Below, one piece after another: positions 12,880 to 25,100 of a stretch of DNA of 64,000 nt. This DNA is from Camelus ferus. Lineage: Eukaryota. Below the pieces are notes generated by a model. That model was not told the origin of the DNA. It saw nothing but the letters and a program-made list of their open reading frames with translations, and searched no databases. Positions within the stretch are counted from its first letter, which is position 1; every line of letters begins with the position of its first letter. Position numbers and translations under genes: made by a program. The stretch spans positions 71,922,001 through 71,986,000 of the forward strand of contig NC_045696.1 of assembly GCF_009834535.1 (NCBI RefSeq), read 5' to 3'.

Positions 12880-13132
12880 AGATTAAGTGCCTGCTTCCAC
12901 ACAAGGGCCACTTGTGGTTTCCCTCCCCTCTGAGCGCACCACTTGGGAGGGCCTTTCAGTTACTTCTTCTAACGTAAGTGACTGGTTTCTCCGTCACAAG
13001 TGAATGAGGGGCAGAGGAAGTGTCTGCTCAGTTGCCAGGAGCCTGCCCAGGAACCAGCCTCACACCATTTGGGGACGCAGCTGAGCGTAGCAGCCCCTTG
13101 GCAAGGCAGCGGTGCTCCCCGGCTCCCCAGTC
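12880..13132 (+). promoter_or_regulatory. LAMP3: LAMP3 proximal promoter / 5'UTR
   Basis: Immediately upstream of the ATG. ETS/PU.1-type AGAGGAAGTG (13013-13022), CAAGTG/CACTTG cores (12909, 12940, 12997), IRF-like CTTTCAGTTACTT (~12953). Confidence 0.55.
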
Positions 13133-13181
13133 ATGTCCTGGCAGCTCTCTGCAATGGTGGTGCTCTTCGTGTCCCTGGCTG
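13133..13181 (+). CDS. LAMP3: LAMP3 coding exon 1 (signal peptide [16 protein letters not shown])
   Basis: ATG at 13133, hydrophobic signal-like peptide, donor G|gtgagt; phase 1 matches the exon 2 acceptor. Confidence 0.92.
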
Positions 13182-16100
13182 GTGAGTGACACACATGACT
13201 TTCCATGGTGAACTATTAAATCTAAGTGCATTCTAGTGCCACTGACTGGGTGGGACAGGACAGACTGCAGGTGGTGGTAGCGGCTTCAGCTACTGTGGGT
13301 ATTTGACTGGAAAATGTCTCCTCCTTATTACCTTCCACACGGAGCACACCTTCGTTTTTTCCCAAAGTTTTCAGAGTCTGGGCTTGTTTTCCATGAGTCA
13401 GGCAGAGTAGGTGTCAACCCCAGTAGACAGTGACATTATTTCTGGTTCCCAAATGGGTTCGAGGCACCAATTAGTGAGAATTTGTAGAAATCACTTCAAG
13501 TTAAGAGATGGAGGGCTGAGCCAGGGCTCAGAAATGGGGCTCTTGCCACACTGTCTGCGGAAAGCAGGGCATGCCTTGCTTTTCCTGTGTTTCTCAAGTG
13601 AAGCACTATGTTTATATTCTATAAACAGTGATCTGTGAAGATGAGGGAGGTGTGGTTTGACAAACTGCCATTTCAGAAAGATGTAAGCCAGGGCATCAAG
13701 GATTTCTTTTTTAATTACCAGTGTACTTCAGATCAGAGAGACTGTCTGGGAAACTGAGCTTTTAAAATGGTTATTTTATGTACCCACCCACTGCTTTCAT
13801 CAACAGCATTTTCTCCCTAGGACACTGAGTTGTCTTTTTGCTATTATCAAGTTTGCTGGTTGATTTACAGTTCCTTCTGGAACCACTGAATTGAACATTT
13901 GAGAGAACTAGTTCTGTCCACGTCCACATGGCCCCACTAACACACTCAAATGGGGGGCACAGCTGCACTTGAGCATAACATGAATTGTTATGAAAGTTGG
14001 ATGAAGGGTCAAAGGCCAGCTGTCCTAATCCAGCCTGTTGTTCCTTGTACCACACTTTCAGAATTAGAGTTTCACATTCTTTTGGAGGCAAATGGAAAAG
14101 TCCTCATTATATTTAGCAGGACAAGCTAGTAAAAAAGCAAAAAATCTCAATTTATTTTTTTCTTGTATTTATTTATTTATTGAAGTACAGGCAATTACAA
14201 TGTGTCAATTTCTGGTGTACAGCACAATGTCCCAGTCATGCATATACATATATTCATTTTCATTTTTTTCATTAAAGGTTATTATAAGATATTGAACATA
14301 GTTCCCTGTGCTATACAGAAGAAACTTTTCAAAATCTGTTTTTCTATATAGTGACTAACATTTGTAAATCTCAAATTCCCAAATTTATCCCTTCCCACTC
14401 CCTTTCCCCAGTAACCATAAGATTGTTTACTATGTCTGTGAGTATGTTTCTGTTTTGTAGATGAGTTCATAGTGTCCTTTTTTTCTAGATTCCATATATG
14501 AGTGACATTATATGATATTTTTCTTTCTCTTTCTGGCTTACTTCATTTAGAATGATAATCTCTAGGTTCATCCATATTACTGCAAATGGCATTATTTTAT
14601 TCTTTTTATGGCTGGGTAGTATTCCATTGTATAAACATACCACAACTTCTTTATCTAGTCAATGGACATTTAGGTTGCTTCCATGTCTTGGCTATTGTAA
14701 ACAGTGCTGCTATGAACATTGGGGTGTGTGTATCTTTTTGAATTAGAGTTCCCTCTAAATATATGCCCAAGAGTGGGATTGCTGGATCATATGGTAAGTC
14801 TGTTTTTAGTTTTTTGAAGAATCTCCTTACTGTTTTCCATAATGGCTGCACCAAACTACATTCCTACCAATAGTGTAGGAGGATTCCGTTTTCTCCACAC
14901 CCTCTCCAGCATTTATAGTTCATGGGCTTTTGAATGATGGCCATTCTGAATGGTGTGAGGTGCTACCTCATTGTAGTTTTGATTTGCATTTCTTTGATAA
15001 TTAGTGATATTGAACATTTTCTCATGTGCCTATTGGCCATTCATATGTCTTCATTGGAGAATTGCTTGTTTAGGTCCTCTGCCCATTTTTGGATTGGGTG
15101 GTTTATTTTTTTGTTATTAAGTTGCATGAGCTGTTTATGTATTTTGGAAATTAAGCCTTTGTCAGTTGCATCATTTGCAAATATTTTCTCCCATTCCTTA
15201 GGTTGTCGTTTTGTTTTGCTTATGGTTTCTGTTGCTGTGCAAAAGCTTACAAGTTTAATTAGGTGCTATTTGTTTATTTTTACTCTTATTTCCATTGTCT
15301 GGGTAGACTGCCCTAGGAAAACATTGCTAAGATTTATGTCAGAGAATGTTTTGCCTGTTTTCTTCTAGGAGATTTGTCATTTCTTGTCTGATATTTAAGT
15401 CTTTAAGCCATTTGAGTTTATTTTTGTGTGTGGAGTGAGGGAGTGTTCTAACTTCATTGATTTATATGTTGCTATCCAGTTTTCCCAACACCACTTGCTG
15501 AAGAGACTGTCTTTTCTCCATTGTATATTCTTGCCTCCTTTGTCAAAGATTAATTGACCATAGTCTGTGGATTTATGTCTGTTCTGTTCCATTGATCCAT
15601 AAGTCTGTTTTTATGCCAATACCATGCTGTTTTGATTACCATAGCTCTGTAATATTGTCTGAAGTCCAGGAGGGTTAAAGATTTCGGTTTAGCAGTAACC
15701 CTCAGTGTCCTGTGCATGGGTGCCAGTTCAATGGCTGGCAGATGACTGGTGGATTTGGGAATGCAATGAGTGTGCAGTATATGTACAGGGAGGTAGGGAG
15801 GAAATGCCTACACTGCCCCCTCCTCTCTGACCTGCACATTCTCGGAGGCGAACTGAGTGACTGAAGCATGTGGAGGTGTCCATTTTTCAAGTGAGGAGAC
15901 TGAGACAGGTTGTGGATTTGCTCATGGGCACTTAGCTAGCAAATAGCAGCCCTGAGATTGGCAACCAGGAAGCCTGGCTTTGGGGTCCATGCTCTGCACT
16001 CCTGCACTACACTTCTGCATACATAAGTTCAGGAGATACTTGTTGAACTGACATGAGCAAAAACAATAGACATTTTGCTGGGAAAGACATGGCTTTTAGA

Positions 16101-19100
16101 TAAGCTAACTGTGCAAGTCTTTATCTAGTCACTTTGCTTCCCTGGTATCCAACTGCTCCTCCATAAAATGAGGGGATTTAAGTTTGTGTCAGTTAAGGTT
16201 CAGCAGCACATAAGAGACAAACCCCAAATAGCGAATTAAACAAGGCAAATGTTTGCTTCTCTCTCATGTGAAAACAAGTCCAGAGGAATTCAGACCAGAT
16301 CTGGTTTACAGACTCATTATCATGGACCCACCATCCTGTGTGAGACTTCCACCTGCAAGGCCTCCTCATGGTTCTAGATGTCTACTGGAGCTCCAGCATC
16401 ACATACACGTTGTGGGCTGGCTAAAGGAGGAAAGAGGAAGGCAATGAGGAGGACACAGAGGTGACTGAGCTCCCTTCCAACAGCCTTCCCAGAAGGCCCA
16501 CATAGCCCTACCACTTCTATTACTTTGGCTTGAATTTGGTCACACATTCCCACCCAGCTGGAAAGGAGGCTTGGTTGTAGGGGGCTTTGTTCCAGGCAGC
16601 AAGTGCTCAGCTTAAACTCTTGGTTCTGTTACTAAGGAAAAAGAGGAGACTGGATTTGAGGGTAGTCAGCCAGTAGACTCTGCCACAGGGCGAGAGCCCC
16701 TTCTGTTTGAGGGTTCCCTTTGAGTTTCAAGTCCCACAGGAAACTTAACAAAGGTGGGATTTACATCTTTCTGCTAAAAGGTCTAAGATTAAACTGTGAA
16801 ACTGAGCAGAATCTTGCTAAGGGCCCACCCCTGCCGACCCACACATCCAGAAGCAGTCTTCCTGCTGCACCCAGCTGGGGCTGCTCATGCTGCCCAGGAG
16901 ATGCCAGAGAAAGTGCTCAGGGACTAAACTCAATTCCCTGCCCCTGGATATGGCCCCAGGGTTTACTCTCCAGCTGTGGTCCTTAGAGTTCTGCAAAGTG
17001 TAGCCTCCAAGACCTGCCAGGCCTGCTCCCTGCTGGCCCCCAACCTGACCCCCTTTTCCCCATGCTGCCCCCGACCATGTTCCCATCATGCTGAGTTCCT
17101 TGCTGTTCTCCAGACATATCTGGCTCTGAAGCCCCTGTGCCTTTGCACGTACTCTTCCTCCTGCCTGTGGGATGCCATTTACTTTCTTGTCTGCCTTAAG
17201 AATTTCTCCTTGTGCTGGATTCCCCGCTCCACCCCACAGCACGTGGGACCTGCTTCAGTAGTAACACCTGTCACACTGAGGAGTATAGTCCATTTCTGTG
17301 TCTGCCTCACAAGGCTTTGTGCCCCTGAGAACGAAGATCTACTCCCAGTGCCTGGCCTGTTGCTTGGCTCAGAGGAGGCTCCTACATATCTGTTGAATTG
17401 GGTATGGCAGGGAAACCAAATTAAGGCTCTATGCGAAGGCCTGACTGTCTGGGAAATACCTAGAGAAGAAGCCCTTGTGTGGTCACAGGCTTTCCCAGGG
17501 CCTGGCCCAACAAGTCATCTCTCAGCTACTCCTGTGGGTTGTATGGGAACCGAAACCTTCTCATGCCCCTTCCTGCAGCTCACCATCTAGAGGAGTCCAA
17601 GGAAGGGATTAAGGCTCTGAGATCCTCATTTGCTGTGTCTCTTGCATCCTGGAGAGGAGCTGCTGGGGGTTAGGGGGTGGGAAATTTACAAATCAGCATG
17701 TGGATTCCAGACTGAGTTCTTTTATGTAGACAGAGGGTCGAGAGATTCTGAGCTATGGCCTGCCCTGGCTTCTGCCCACTGCCCTCTTTGTGAGTCTCAG
17801 ACAGACCAGTGAACTTGCCTAAACCTCTTGGGGGCCTAAAGATCCTGTTTTAAAGCTATGACCCAATTTTAACAAGGATTGGTCATATATGTGTGGTCAT
17901 ACTCATAAATTTTATACAACAGTATTTTTCAAAGTATTATTTCCACTGAGTACCTAACAAACATATGAACTTCCTGGGACATATTCCAATGCACAGCATA
18001 GGTACCCCTGTCTAAGTTCTATCTAATCACCTGCCCGTCTTTTATAGCCCACACTCTTAGCGGGAAATGGGGAGAGGAGGGTCGGAGGCAGAGACGGGGA
18101 GGAGAAGAATATTAGAACAGTATTTCCCAGTTTAATCTGTAATGCTCTGTCACTTTTGGTCACTTTTAGTCCTGCCACCTACCAACTAGGTTTTTGTTCA
18201 CCACAAAGTCACACACCATATGGAGACACTGTGACCGCCATCATCTCTAGGCACGATATTTCCTATCCACCAAGCACAGCTTGACAGGGTGCCATGAGTC
18301 TTCTTGTCCCGTTTGGGATGCTGTGCATCCATGAATGGCCAGTATGCTTTTACCCCCTTATCTGAGTTCATTCATCACTACTGAGAGAGGAGTTCTAACT
18401 GCATTATGAAGAAGGTTCCCCTTTGAAAGAGTATGCTACTTAGTTGAGGGAATTCTACTCAGCTGAGAAGATCTGCTTTAGCTCATAAGCATAAGCTGTA
18501 TACAGTGGGATTTTATCAAGGATCTAATCTTACTGGGAGAGCAAAATACAGGTGGTTCCCAGTCTCCCAGAGTTCTCTGCAGCAGTCTTTGCTTTTTACT
18601 ACAAGATATTCCTGGACACCACATCTTAGAGTGAATTCTATTTCTCCATATTAGTATTAATACAATGGACCTAATGGGGTTCCCATTGGGTTCTTGACCC
18701 AGAAAACCACAAATCAGGGTCAGCCTAAATGAATTGTGAAAATAAATCTTCAGTGACTGTCAACCTTCATAACAATCTTGAAAGGAAAAATCTTGCTCCA
18801 AGCTCTACAATGTAGGCATAAAGTTTCCACATATAGTGATTTTACAAAGATTTGCAAAGTAAACCTACAGCCCAAAAAATTTACAACCCTCAAATATCAT
18901 ACTTTTTAATTGTCCAAGTAAACATTTTAGATACAAAAAACCCTATAACAATAGTCTTCAGAAACTAAATGTCATTAATAGTAAGTCTACTTAATAGTAA
19001 GGCAATTTGAACGGATACTTTTGTCTTTCCCATTTTGCAAACCAACTATCAGAAATAATTCGTAAGTGTTACTACTGGGTTTAAAGTTAGAACTTTTCTT

Positions 19101-22100
19101 CTGGAAAATAATTACTATTTTAGCATGTGGGTCTTTGAAAGCCTCACTAAGGATCACCATTATGAAGCTTTGGTGAATCAGGGTCACTGCAGAGACAACC
19201 TACCGGTCTCCCCTCTGCTTGTGTCTCTTTTCTCCCCATTCTTCCCAGTGACACACACCACCTCCACCCAACTCCAATCCAAGGGCAGGCTTTGGCTCAG
19301 ACATGGGTTTAAGCCTCAGCTCCAAAACTGACAGGTTGTGTGATTATGGTCAAGTTAATAGAATTTTCTAAACCTGAGTTTCATCATCTGAAAGGCAGAT
19401 AAAGATAGTACCCATCAGAGGGTTTTTGAGAAGAGTTGGTGAAAGATGGCCCTTGGTCTGAGGCCTACGATGTAGTAAGTGTTCAGTAACTTGGGATTTT
19501 TATTGTTATTATTATGGGAAAAGTAACCACTTAGAAATATATTGAATGAAAGAAAGAGATAGTAAAGGATTTTAGGGATGATTTTGATTTGCTATGAATT
19601 TCAGGACTCTATAAACACCAGCATAGAGTGACATTCTTTCACTTTTCCCTGTGTTTTCCCAAGTCACTGCCTAGCACTGGGGAGCTGTTGCTCCAATGAG
19701 TGAAAATACAATGGGTAAACGCAGTGAAACCATGGCATTGTAGGGACAGAGCCATGTCTCAGAGTGCCTGATCATGAACTCTCAAGGAACATCATCAGAA
19801 CTTGTCCACTTTCTGGCTTGCTATGTGCCTGGAAAGAGGCAAGAACAGAACTATTCTGGTTGAAAAAGAACCAGAGGCCTTCCTCCCTGAAGGGACGGCC
19901 CAGAAGAGAACCTGTGACAATAACTCACGCTCTTCATATGCTTACTGATCCAGGAAGGCTTTCGCTTAAACCAGCTTGCTAGAGCCTTGCAATAATCCCA
20001 AGAGGTCTATAGTGCTATAGCCCTCATTTACCCAGTCAGTTATTTAGGCAATCGTTCCACGTCCCCTGAACGCTTTCTATGCACAGACTCTGGTGGTGAA
20101 AAAACACACACAGTCCCACCTTCAAATTGCTTTTAATCTAGTTGGAGAGATGCACAATCAATTAAGCAACCAATAAATAAACATAACCGGGGCCACTGTT
20201 CTGCTCATACACACTGTCTGGCCACGCATGGTGTTAAATATTTGAATATCATCCCCTTAAACACTTACGAGTTGTGATTAGTGCAGTGAAAGCAATGAGT
20301 ATAATGATGTGATGGGGATCTGTGGGGGTGGGGAGCTCTTTTATATGGGGAAGACTCTTTGAGGAGCTGATATTTAAGCGAGACCATGAAGGACAGCACA
20401 GCAGATGTAGCAGAACAAGCACTTATGGACTAATTTACCTTCTCAGTTGAAAAAAGCTGGGCCACTCAAAAGGTTAAGTCAGGGAATAACACGAACTGGT
20501 TTATATTTAGAAAACTGATGGCAAAATAAAAAATGGAAAGGAACTGAATCTCTTGTCATTGGAGGTAATTGAGCATAGTTTGGATGTATATGTGGCAAAT
20601 ATCCAAAGGTACAATTCACACATGAGATGACGGTTTGTACTAGATAATCTTTAAGGCCCCATTCGAACCTGGAATTATATGATTCTCTGAAAACTGTACA
20701 ACTCGGTGTAAATCTGTATCACTGGTATTCCTGCTGCCCCTGCTCTGTCAGGTCATCACAGCAGCGCCCTATACGGGAATGCTCTCCACCTGGGAACTAT
20801 CTGGATTCACACTTGAAGATGGAAAATGAAGAGGCATTGGCACTTAGATAACTAGCTGAGCATGATTGCTTTGGGGTGCTAGGACCACAGCCCATACAGA
20901 CAAAGGGGCAGAATATCTACAGTGTGATCACAACACTGTAAAAACATGGGTGCAACCAAATCGTTAAAATTGTGGCTCGTGGTAGAATTTTGAGTGATCT
21001 TCACATAACTGTTGGATCCTTGTAAATGTCCCCCAGATCTAAAAAATGCGTATTAATTTTTAATGAGGAAACATAAGTGTGGAGTAGGGGCGGGACTCAC
21101 TAATGTGAGCTATTAGTTGTTGTGTTAATATTTTTGTTTCCTAATTTGCAGTGATCCTGCATTATGGTGGTCACACGAGAGCCAAGCTGTTTCCAGAAAT
21201 CTCAGGCTCTTCTCCATCCACAACAGCAGCAACAGTACAGGCCCCAGCAAAACCTTCTCTCCTGCGGCCCACTAACCATGTGCCTCACAAAACTTTGGCA
21301 ACAAGATCAACGGATGGCCATGTCACCTCTCAAATAGCTTTCACAACCTCCAACTCTGAGACCCTGACCACCCACACAACCATAAAAATTCCAGCAACAA
21401 CTTCCCTGGTAACTACAAACAGCACCTCATCTACCAGCCCAATAACCCACACCCTGGTCACAACCCTGGCCGTACCCAACAAGTCACACACAACTTCAGT
21501 CACTGAGGCTACAGTCGGTCCCAGCATGGGTCCCAGTTCATCACCACCTACCATCACCCCACCAGCCCACACAACTGGAAACAGGCCCTCGACTGTCAGC
21601 CACACCACTGGGAAAACCACCCAACCCAGGAGCCAGACCATCCTTCCAGCAACGCTGTCTGCCTTACCACACAGCAGCACAATTAGTCAGAAGCCTACTC
21701 TACCCACCAGCACCCCAGGTCCAACCACAACCGCACATAATACCACCCAAACAGCCTCACCTGCTCCCACAGCTCCAGGGCCCACCCTTGCACCTCAGCC
21801 GTCATCAGCCAAGACTGGAATTTATCTCGTTCTAAATGGAAGCAGGCTCTGTATCAAAGCAGAGATGGGGATAGAGCTGACAGTTCAAGATTCAGGGACG
21901 GTAAGTCAAGGCCATAGGACGCTATCTTCAAAAAGTTTGAGTGGGAGTGCCTGGCTAGGAATGAACACTCCCCTGTATCCTGTATCTTGAAATAAAACTG
22001 CGAGCTCCTCTTTCTCCAAGGTGCTCCATTAAAAGGTGAATCTGTTTTAGAACACATATAAAAGTAGCAACCGATAGTGATTGTGTGGATCAAAGAAAGC

Positions 22101-25100
22101 ACGCATCAAAATTTTAAATACGCACACCCCTCAGTTTCAGCCAGTATGGGCAGAGTGTGTGTCCAGCGTTGACCCCAGCCTGACTCTGCCCCTCTGGATG
22201 ACTTCCAAGCCTCAGCAACTTTCCTGTGAAACGAGAGGTTTGGATTAGATTGTCTCCATGGTTCCAGCCAGCTGTGACATTAATATGACAATAATATGAA
22301 AAATCCAACTTGACAAGAAGATTGGAGGGAATAGGGTGGGGGCTAAGGGTATTCAATTTGCTAAAATAATCACTATAAAGATAACATGTCCCTTTTTGGC
22401 ACAGTTTTTATGACTTCGAAGAAACCTTCCACATGCAGGTTTTTAATTTGAAACAGAAGGGTAGCAAACTGGGTAGTAAAACCTATCCTGTAGTACCCTT
22501 CAACATGTTTGATTTAACAAAAATTAAATTCCACGTGGTTTATCAAGAGTATACTTGCCATGAATTATCTATCAAAGAACTCCTTCAAAAAATCTTTTAA
22601 ACAAAAGAGTTTGGAAATAAGAGGTGTCTTTGGGGACTTTGAAATTCTCCAGTGAACACTCACTAGCCTTGAATTTCAGGCCCGCTTACTGGCCTGTGCT
22701 TCTAGTCTCTCCCAGCTGGAGTTTTCTTCCACGGTTCACTGAAACAACCTCCTTTATTTGGTTTAGGTTCTTTCACCCCTAAGATACTTCAGCATCGACC
22801 CCAATGCAACTCAAGCCTCTGGGAACTGTGGCTCCCGAAAATCCAACCTTCTCTTGAACTTCCGGGGCGGATTTGTGAATTTCACATTTACCAAGGTGAG
22901 GCTGAGCTCCTTCACTCTACCTGGCTCTAACGCCGCTTCCCCTAACCCTCACCCTGGGGCTCGGTGGTGCAACCCTCCACTTCACTTTAAGTGCAGGGGA
23001 AATAGACCTCAGAGACTTTTGAGATCTTCTCTGATAAGAACGAGGGTCGTGGAGACGGAGAAGGCAAGTGTCAACATCTTCTGTTTGCTTTCCTCCCTCT
23101 TCAGCCCCCTCAGTGCAACCTAAGAAGGGCTTTGATGCCTCTTGGGGGAGGCTTGGCCTTGGGGAACCTGGCCGCAGTGCCCCTTGCAAGCCACCCAGAG
23201 GAGGAAGTTGTACAGATGAACAGACCCATAGAAATTCCCAGTGGGCATGAAGAAATGTGATTACACTAAGACCAAAATTAAATGTCACAATGGGTTCTTT
23301 CCAACCACAGCAGGCAAAATTCAGGGACAAACCAGGCACAGGGTTTTCCAGACCAGATCTTGGGAGGGGGAGGCAACGGAGTAGAGTGGAAGAGCATGGT
23401 TGTGGGGCCAGAGTCTTTGCTGTAAATTTGACTCTGTCACTTGCTCTCCTTGTGGCACCAGGCAGACAGTTTTACCTGTTTGAGTATTTTTTTTAATCAT
23501 TTGAAAAATGGGGTAAAGTAATTAAAGATCCTTCCTGTACAGAGTTTTGTCCAGTACATGGAAAGTGGATGTTCAATAGCCAGTAGCTGTTCACAATGAC
23601 TGAAATGGGCAAATGTCCTGGGAACACAGTGATGGTCATCTCCCCCTGTCAAAGGAGAGACTTGCCCCTGCATGCCCCAGAGTGTCCTTCAAATAGGTCA
23701 AGAGGACCCTTGCAGCTGAAACTTGATGGGGGCCTCCTTCTTGCCTGTCTGACATGACCCCTGAAGTTAGAGGGTCTTGGTTAGCAGATCTTGGAGAGCA
23801 ATGAGCATAGACTTTGGGATTAGAGAAATCAAGACTGACTCTCAGCCATAATACTTAGGAGCTGCATGATCTTGGACTAGTTGGGGTTTGTTTCCTTCTC
23901 TATAAAATGGAAATAATGGCAGCTATTTAGTAAGACTCTTAGGAGAATTAGAAATGCTATACGTAAACCATCTAGCACAGTGTGTGGTACATGCAATGGT
24001 CAATAAAGAGGAGTTATTAACTTGGCCTCACAGGCTTTATCCTCCTCATGCATGCTTTTCTCCTTAAGGTAGTGATGCATTTGAAAAGTTGATATTTTCC
24101 TTTCAGTACCAAATGGAAAAACACATAATCCTTCACCAGAAGAATATTCAGGGCATAATAAGTGCTCTGTTCCTGGACAACTGAAGTTAATCTAGAAAGA
24201 TGTCAGGAATCTTTAAAAAGTCACTTCAGCAAAATGGCAGCGGATAGGCATAAGCATTTATGCTCTAATTTAGGGCTTAATCCTACCAGACCATTGCATC
24301 TGTGAAAAACTGCCTAAGGGAAGGCTTCCGAAAACTCCAGTGTTCATCTGTGGCACACAGTGGCCACGCTGCCAGGCCATGGACAGAGCTGTGAGCAGGA
24401 GTTGCTTTGGCACCTTTCCCTGTCTCTTTTTGCTCTTTTCATCTGTTTCTTGGAACGATGCCTTCAGGCTCAACTCTATTTGATCAAGCTCCACTCAAGT
24501 GTTGAATCCCTGCCTTTCTGGAAATCCTCTATGCCTCCAGAGGCTGGACAGGAAATGAGTGCCCAGTAGCGCTAGAAGGACCAGTAGGGCCCCCTCTTCC
24601 CATCCTCCTTCAGGAAGGAATAAGGTGAGCCTCTCAGTTCATGGCTCCAGGTGTTGCAACAGCAGCTTTGCCGAGTCTCGCCAACCACATTCACCATATT
24701 CATTCCACTCCCAACACCACTTCCCAAGGCAGCTGACCTTGGCTTTGTCACAGGAGAAAGCAGAGGGGCTCATAGAAAGTAAAAATTCCCACCACCCTTA
24801 ACCCTTCTGGGGGATTTCCACATTTTAAAAGAGAAATTGTTTAAGCCAAAACAGTGGCCACAAATCCAAAGATTACAGGGACTAAGCATAGAACTTAATG
24901 AGTCAAGTGGTGAAAAATTAAAAATGTCTTTTTCCTGGTAATGGGCAGTCCTTATTTTTTATTTTCCCACTTTTGATGAAGACTTCATTCTTCCATTAAA
25001 TCTGTATAAGAAAAATGTGAGCATAAGCATGTGATGGCAAGCCTCAGAGGGAGAGGTGAGGAGTGCCCTCCTCCTCTGCAGGGCAGTTAAGTATTTTACA

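Noticed and set aside
14934..15368. 144-aa hydrophobic ORF
   Set aside because: Antisense reading of L1 ORF2.
16976..17590. 204-aa ORF
   Set aside because: Overlaps L2-like repeat sequence; no recognisable domain or exon structure.
21330..21680. Val/Gly-rich 116-aa minus ORF
   Set aside because: Shadow of the Thr/Pro-rich LAMP3 exon 2.
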